NCBI GenBank assembly: GCA_013239625.1 | Contig: MU053561.1 | Coordinates: forward strand, 2,372,283-2,436,282 | Direction of reading: 5' to 3' | Length of the DNA: 64,000 nucleotides | Source of the DNA: Lama guanicoe | Taxonomy: Eukaryota | Shown here: in pieces, positions 59,966 to 64,000 of the stretch | Layout of the letters: each line of letters opens with the position of its first letter | Numbering within the stretch: the first letter of the stretch is position 1 | The notes under the pieces: generated by a model | Told to the model about the DNA's origin: nothing | The model's database searches: none | Seen by the model: the letters and a program-made list of their open reading frames with translations, nothing else | Translations under genes and position numbers: made by a program

Positions 59966-60149
59966 TCTCCGCAACTTACTCCAGTGAGGTTTTGTCCCCA
60001 CTCCACTGAGATATAGCTGTTGTCCACGTCTCTAATGACCTCCATGTCGCCAAACGTAACCTCGACTTCTCTGAGCTGATCTTGTCTTCATAACAGCGTT
60101 CAACACAAATGTCCTACTACCTCCTTTCTCGAAGTGTTTTAAATTTTTC

Positions 60150-60400
60150 TTATTTTTTATTGAAGTACAGTCAGTTAACCATGTTTCAGTCTCTGGTGTA
60201 CAGCCTAATGCTGCAGTCATACATACACATACATATATTCCTTTTCATATTCTTTTTTATTATGGATTACTACAAGATATTGAATATAGTTTGAAGAAAT
60301 TTGTCTTTTTTATTGGAGCATAGGCAGTTACAATGTGTCAGTCTCTGGTGAATAGCAGAGTGTTCCAGTCATGCATATATTCCTTTTCATATTCTTTTGT
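60150..60400 (-). mobile_element. two tandem L1 3' tips inside an L2
   Basis: ttttattgaagtacagtcagtt... and ttttattggagcataggcagttac..., each with attccttttcatattctttt. Confidence 0.85.
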
Positions 60401-62616
60401 ACTACTGTCTCCCCCTTGAAACACCTCTTTGGTTTCCATGACCATGCACTCTCCTGAATCCTGCACCCCTACCCCGACAATGACACTGGTCCTGTCTCCT
60501 GGGGATGGCCTGGCCTCTGCTTCTCTCTGCCTGCTTGGGTGCTAGCCACCCTCCTCTACTGCCCCACACAACTCAAAACCAGGTTCTGCCCCCGGGGAAC
60601 CTGCCTCTGGTATGAGGAGAGGACATAGTCTTTCACTCATTTCCTATATTTGATGATTGACTGTATCCTTTGCTAAAAAGCCTCACGGTCCAGGAGCAGA
60701 ATATAACAGTAGAGGAACAATATAGTGGCTGGTATAAGCTTCAGGGTCAGGATACAGTCCTGTAAGGCGTGGGAAGGTGCATCATGTACTAGCCAGCTCT
60801 GCGTGAAAAGGAGCTTCTTCCAGACCCCAGAAGAGCTCCAGCTATAAGCCCTGAAGCCTGGGGTAAGCTTTCCAGACAGGTCCTGGTGGGAAGTCCTGCG
60901 GCAGGGTAGACGGAGATGAGGAGTTACTCCAGTCGAGAAGAAGCTGACCTGTCCTGATCTGTCCAGGGAAACTGCTTCCCATTCTCTTCCTCTGTCTTCC
61001 CTTTTTGGAAGAGATTCCAAGTCTTGGTGACTCTCTGCAGCCAAGAGAAGAAACCAGAGTTGATGGGAGAGTCATGCTGTCATTCTGGTGGCCTTAGGTC
61101 AGGGGGTCTTTGTCTAAAGACCTTAATACAGCGTCATGACAATTCAGAGAAGCCGCCCAAGTTCCAAGCCCCTGCTGCAGTCACCTCTGCGTTGGCCCCG
61201 CTCTGCGGCCTTCCCTATAGAGGGCTCTGTCTCCTGGCACTTACTCATGCCAGCTCTTTCAGGACACATGCAGGGAATGCTGGGGACGGGCTTTGCAGAT
61301 CGCTGCTCACCCAGAGCCTAGGAACGAGGCTGATTTGGGAGTGAGACAGGGAGAGGATGCAGGACTCTCGAATGTCCCCCGACCAAGCCCCGGGGAGGGG
61401 AAGGGGGTGCTGCCCTGGGAGTCTCTCCTGCAGACCAGGCTCCACCTGAAGGCCTGGACAGAGGAATTCTTGGCAACAACATCCTCACCCTCTACCAACA
61501 GACTGCTGAGGGGCTGTTGGGGCAACATCCTATGCAAGACCAGGAGGACATTTTTCCCATGGACACAGCTTTATACATGAGGGCCGGATTCCCAAGGTAG
61601 CCCACAAAAGTCTACGCACTCCATCCTGTAGCTGTGATTGTACGCTCATGGTAGGAGTGTTTTCTGCTATTTTCCTTTCCCATTACAAATGGACAGTATT
61701 TCTGAAATACTGGGATTCAATAGGGTTTTGAGGCCTTGCTGAGAAAGCTAATCGTCATTTATACAGAGTGTTGCTATAGGATCCTGTTCAAAATTTCAAA
61801 AAGAAAAAAACAACCTTAAACGCAGACTTTAGCAAGTGGCTGTTGGGTGCTGGGAATGCCTGTAGGTTCAGGGATCTGTTTGGATGGGCTGGTCCCTCAT
61901 CTGATTGCGGAGACAGAGGGGCCAGGAAGGGTAAAGGTTTGACTCCTCCCAGCTCAGTGAGGGGCCAGAGGGACAGAATTTACCAAAGTCCTGGCTCAAA
62001 GATCATCTTCTCTTTCATACTACCTTCCCCTCTGGAAAAATGGGGGAGGGGGATGGGGGAGTGCATTAGGACTTTCCCAAAAGACATTCTGGTATGAATT
62101 CAAAGCCTAAGGAGTAACCGGTATTTTTTTTTCCACTGCAAGATAGTATAATAACAGCATTTAAGGAAATTTTGAAAAGAGCAGACAAAAAGTCATTCAT
62201 GGTTCTATCACTGTAAATGACTATATTTTCTTTTCTGTTTTTGCCCTTTTTAAGCCCAGCTGTAAATCATTTTACATGGATATTAATAGAGTACCCTTTC
62301 ATATTCTACTCCTTCCATTGTGCTTTTGTGTACTAAAATTAAATATTTTAAAGCAATTTTGCAGCTAAAAAAAAAATCTTGGCAGCTTAACATAGCAGCA
62401 GTTGTAACTCTGGGCATTTCTGTACTTTTACTGGGTTGGGAAATGCCATATGGGGCCACCCTTCCTGGAAACTCACCCCCAAGGCCTGGCAGGATTCCCC
62501 CATCTACCTGCCTCTCATTCTGCTCAATCTGTTATCCTGTTGCTTCTGAGCATCAGAGGTCCAAGCAACATACATTACTCAAGCACCTAACACGTTTTGT
62601 ATTTAAGTACTTAGGA

Positions 62617-62950
62617 CAGCGGTTCCCAAAGTGAGTTCTGAGGACATCAGTACTGCAGAATTTTCCCCAGAAGAGTTCTGTAGTCAAGCAAGTTTGGAAG
62701 TGCTGAATATTGTTAGGCTGGACTACATGAAATTGCCAACATTCAATTGTTTTCGGCCTACAGAATGGTAATTTCAATTGGTTCAGCCTAACACATACTC
62801 TTCTGGGACATTCACTATGCATATTAGCATGTTAAAACTTTTGAAAAGTACTATAGTTAAAGAAATCTGTTTGATGTGATTGAGTTAATGTAATCGTTTT
62901 TTAAAAATAACACTTATTAATAGCCATCAGGATGCACTTTGGGAAACTAG
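62617..62950. mobile_element. hAT-Charlie-type MITE hosting a MADE2
   Basis: TIR-like ends cagcggttcccaaagtg ... cactttgggaaactag. Confidence 0.75.
62711..62793. mobile_element. MADE2-type mariner MITE (palindromic, ~83 bp)
   Basis: tgttaggctggactacatgaaattgcc...ggtaatttcaattggttcagcctaaca; inverted arms. Confidence 0.85.
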
Positions 62951-64000
62951 GGCTGGAGTAATCACGAAAGAACAGAAGTCATGGACAGAAAAGAAGCGCA
63001 TGAACACAGGAGCCCAGAGCAGCAGGGACGGCTGAGCAAATGCTCAGGAGGGAAAGAGCAGGTGGGTATTTTCCTTCCCAGGACTGCCCACCCACCTTTA
63101 ATATCCAAAGCCATCATGTTTTCCTGCCCATCCCCTTCTACAGTGACTCTTGACCAACCTCTGCTTTTCTCTCCCTCGTAAACATGTAGGGAGGATTCGT
63201 GCAGTGGCAGCCTTGGCTCGCCCCATATTCCTCAAATGACAGACACTAAGTAAACATGGGTATTATTTTGACTGCTCTCTCATTATACTTATTAATTAGT
63301 CCATCTTTTCAGGGTGTTATTATCATCCCAGTTCATAGGTGTGCATCTAATTTGCTTACGACTACAAGGTGAGCTAAGCTAGTCTGAACTCAGGGAGGAG
63401 ACTCTGCCCTGCTGGGGTGCCTCTGGGAGTGCCCCGCACATGCTCCAGAGAGAACGTGGGCATGTAGCCAGCTCTGAATATTGTTTTCCAGGCACCAGAG
63501 CCAAGTGTCCAAGACAGAATTGTTGGACGGGGAGATTCCGGTAGCGTACAGGGAGACAGTGGCTTGGCCGGGGCTGAATCCTCAATGCTTCCCCCACATC
63601 CCCCACCACGGAATTCTTCCCACAAGAGAGCCTTTAACAGGGTTGTCCATCATTCACACACTGCATGGTGGACATCAGTGTGGCTGGGCTTCTGTGGTGT
63701 GACTAGGCATTTTAACCTCACACGGGCCCTCTGGTCATCTAGCAGGTGTTAGTGTGGGCAGGAATTATCTGATACTCCAGGGAAGCACAAGATGAGAATT
63801 GAAAGGTAGGGCGTTGCCTCCCCATGAGAGTACAGAGTTCATTTAATGTTGTTTATTGTTGCATGGTGGGATTTAAGCGACATTAAATGGGACCCTGATG
63901 GTTTTGTGCCCTGCAGCGGAAGGCACTAGCCAGTTAGCGTGCTTACAGAAGACATTTTTGACTTCTCGGGGGCATTGCTACCAACATGCAATTACCAGGA

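Larger units (their letters stand above)
50078..64000 (+). other. VTCN1: VTCN1 intron 1 (runs past the window end)
   Basis: GT donor at 50078; no exon-2-like sequence (IISIIIILAGAIALIIGFGIS) seen downstream. Confidence 0.8.

Noticed and set aside
60824..60862. Possible 39-nt exon (cttcttccag|...ggg|gtaagc) with in-frame TGA
   Set aside because: Short, weak pyrimidine tract; such site pairs are common by chance and there is no supporting evidence.
1..64000. CRISPR arrays, operons or other prokaryote-type novel systems
   Set aside because: The sequence is mammalian; no spacer-repeat arrays or gene clusters are present.

Overview
Mammalian genomic DNA, most likely a camelid (camel/alpaca/llama). 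That inference rests on five copies of a tRNA-Ala-derived SINE of the vic-1 type plus lineage-young L1 3' ends. The only gene I can support is the 5' end of VTCN1 (B7-H4) on the + strand: a TATA box at 49933, a probable TSS near 49962, and a short first exon with ATG at 50046 encoding MASPGQFIFW(S) (human MASLGQILFWS). A phase-2 GT donor follows at 50078, and the rest of the window is intron 1; exon 2 is not visible. Bases 1-49900 are upstream intergenic sequence dominated by interspersed repeats (L1, L2, L3, MIR, MLT1/ERVL/ERV1 LTRs, hAT and mariner MITEs), with a few repeat-free, motif-dense islands that are enhancer candidates. Nearly all ORF-track entries are spurious or L1 ORF2 remnants. 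I found no evidence of a novel multi-gene system. The most interesting signals are hairpins around the VTCN1 TSS and ATG, an intronic MADE2 hairpin with symmetric substitutions, a candidate frameshifting cassette exon, candidate distal enhancers, and nested insertions with readable TSDs. Repeat subfamily names come from remembered consensus sequences, and repeat boundaries are approximate unless a TSD is given.
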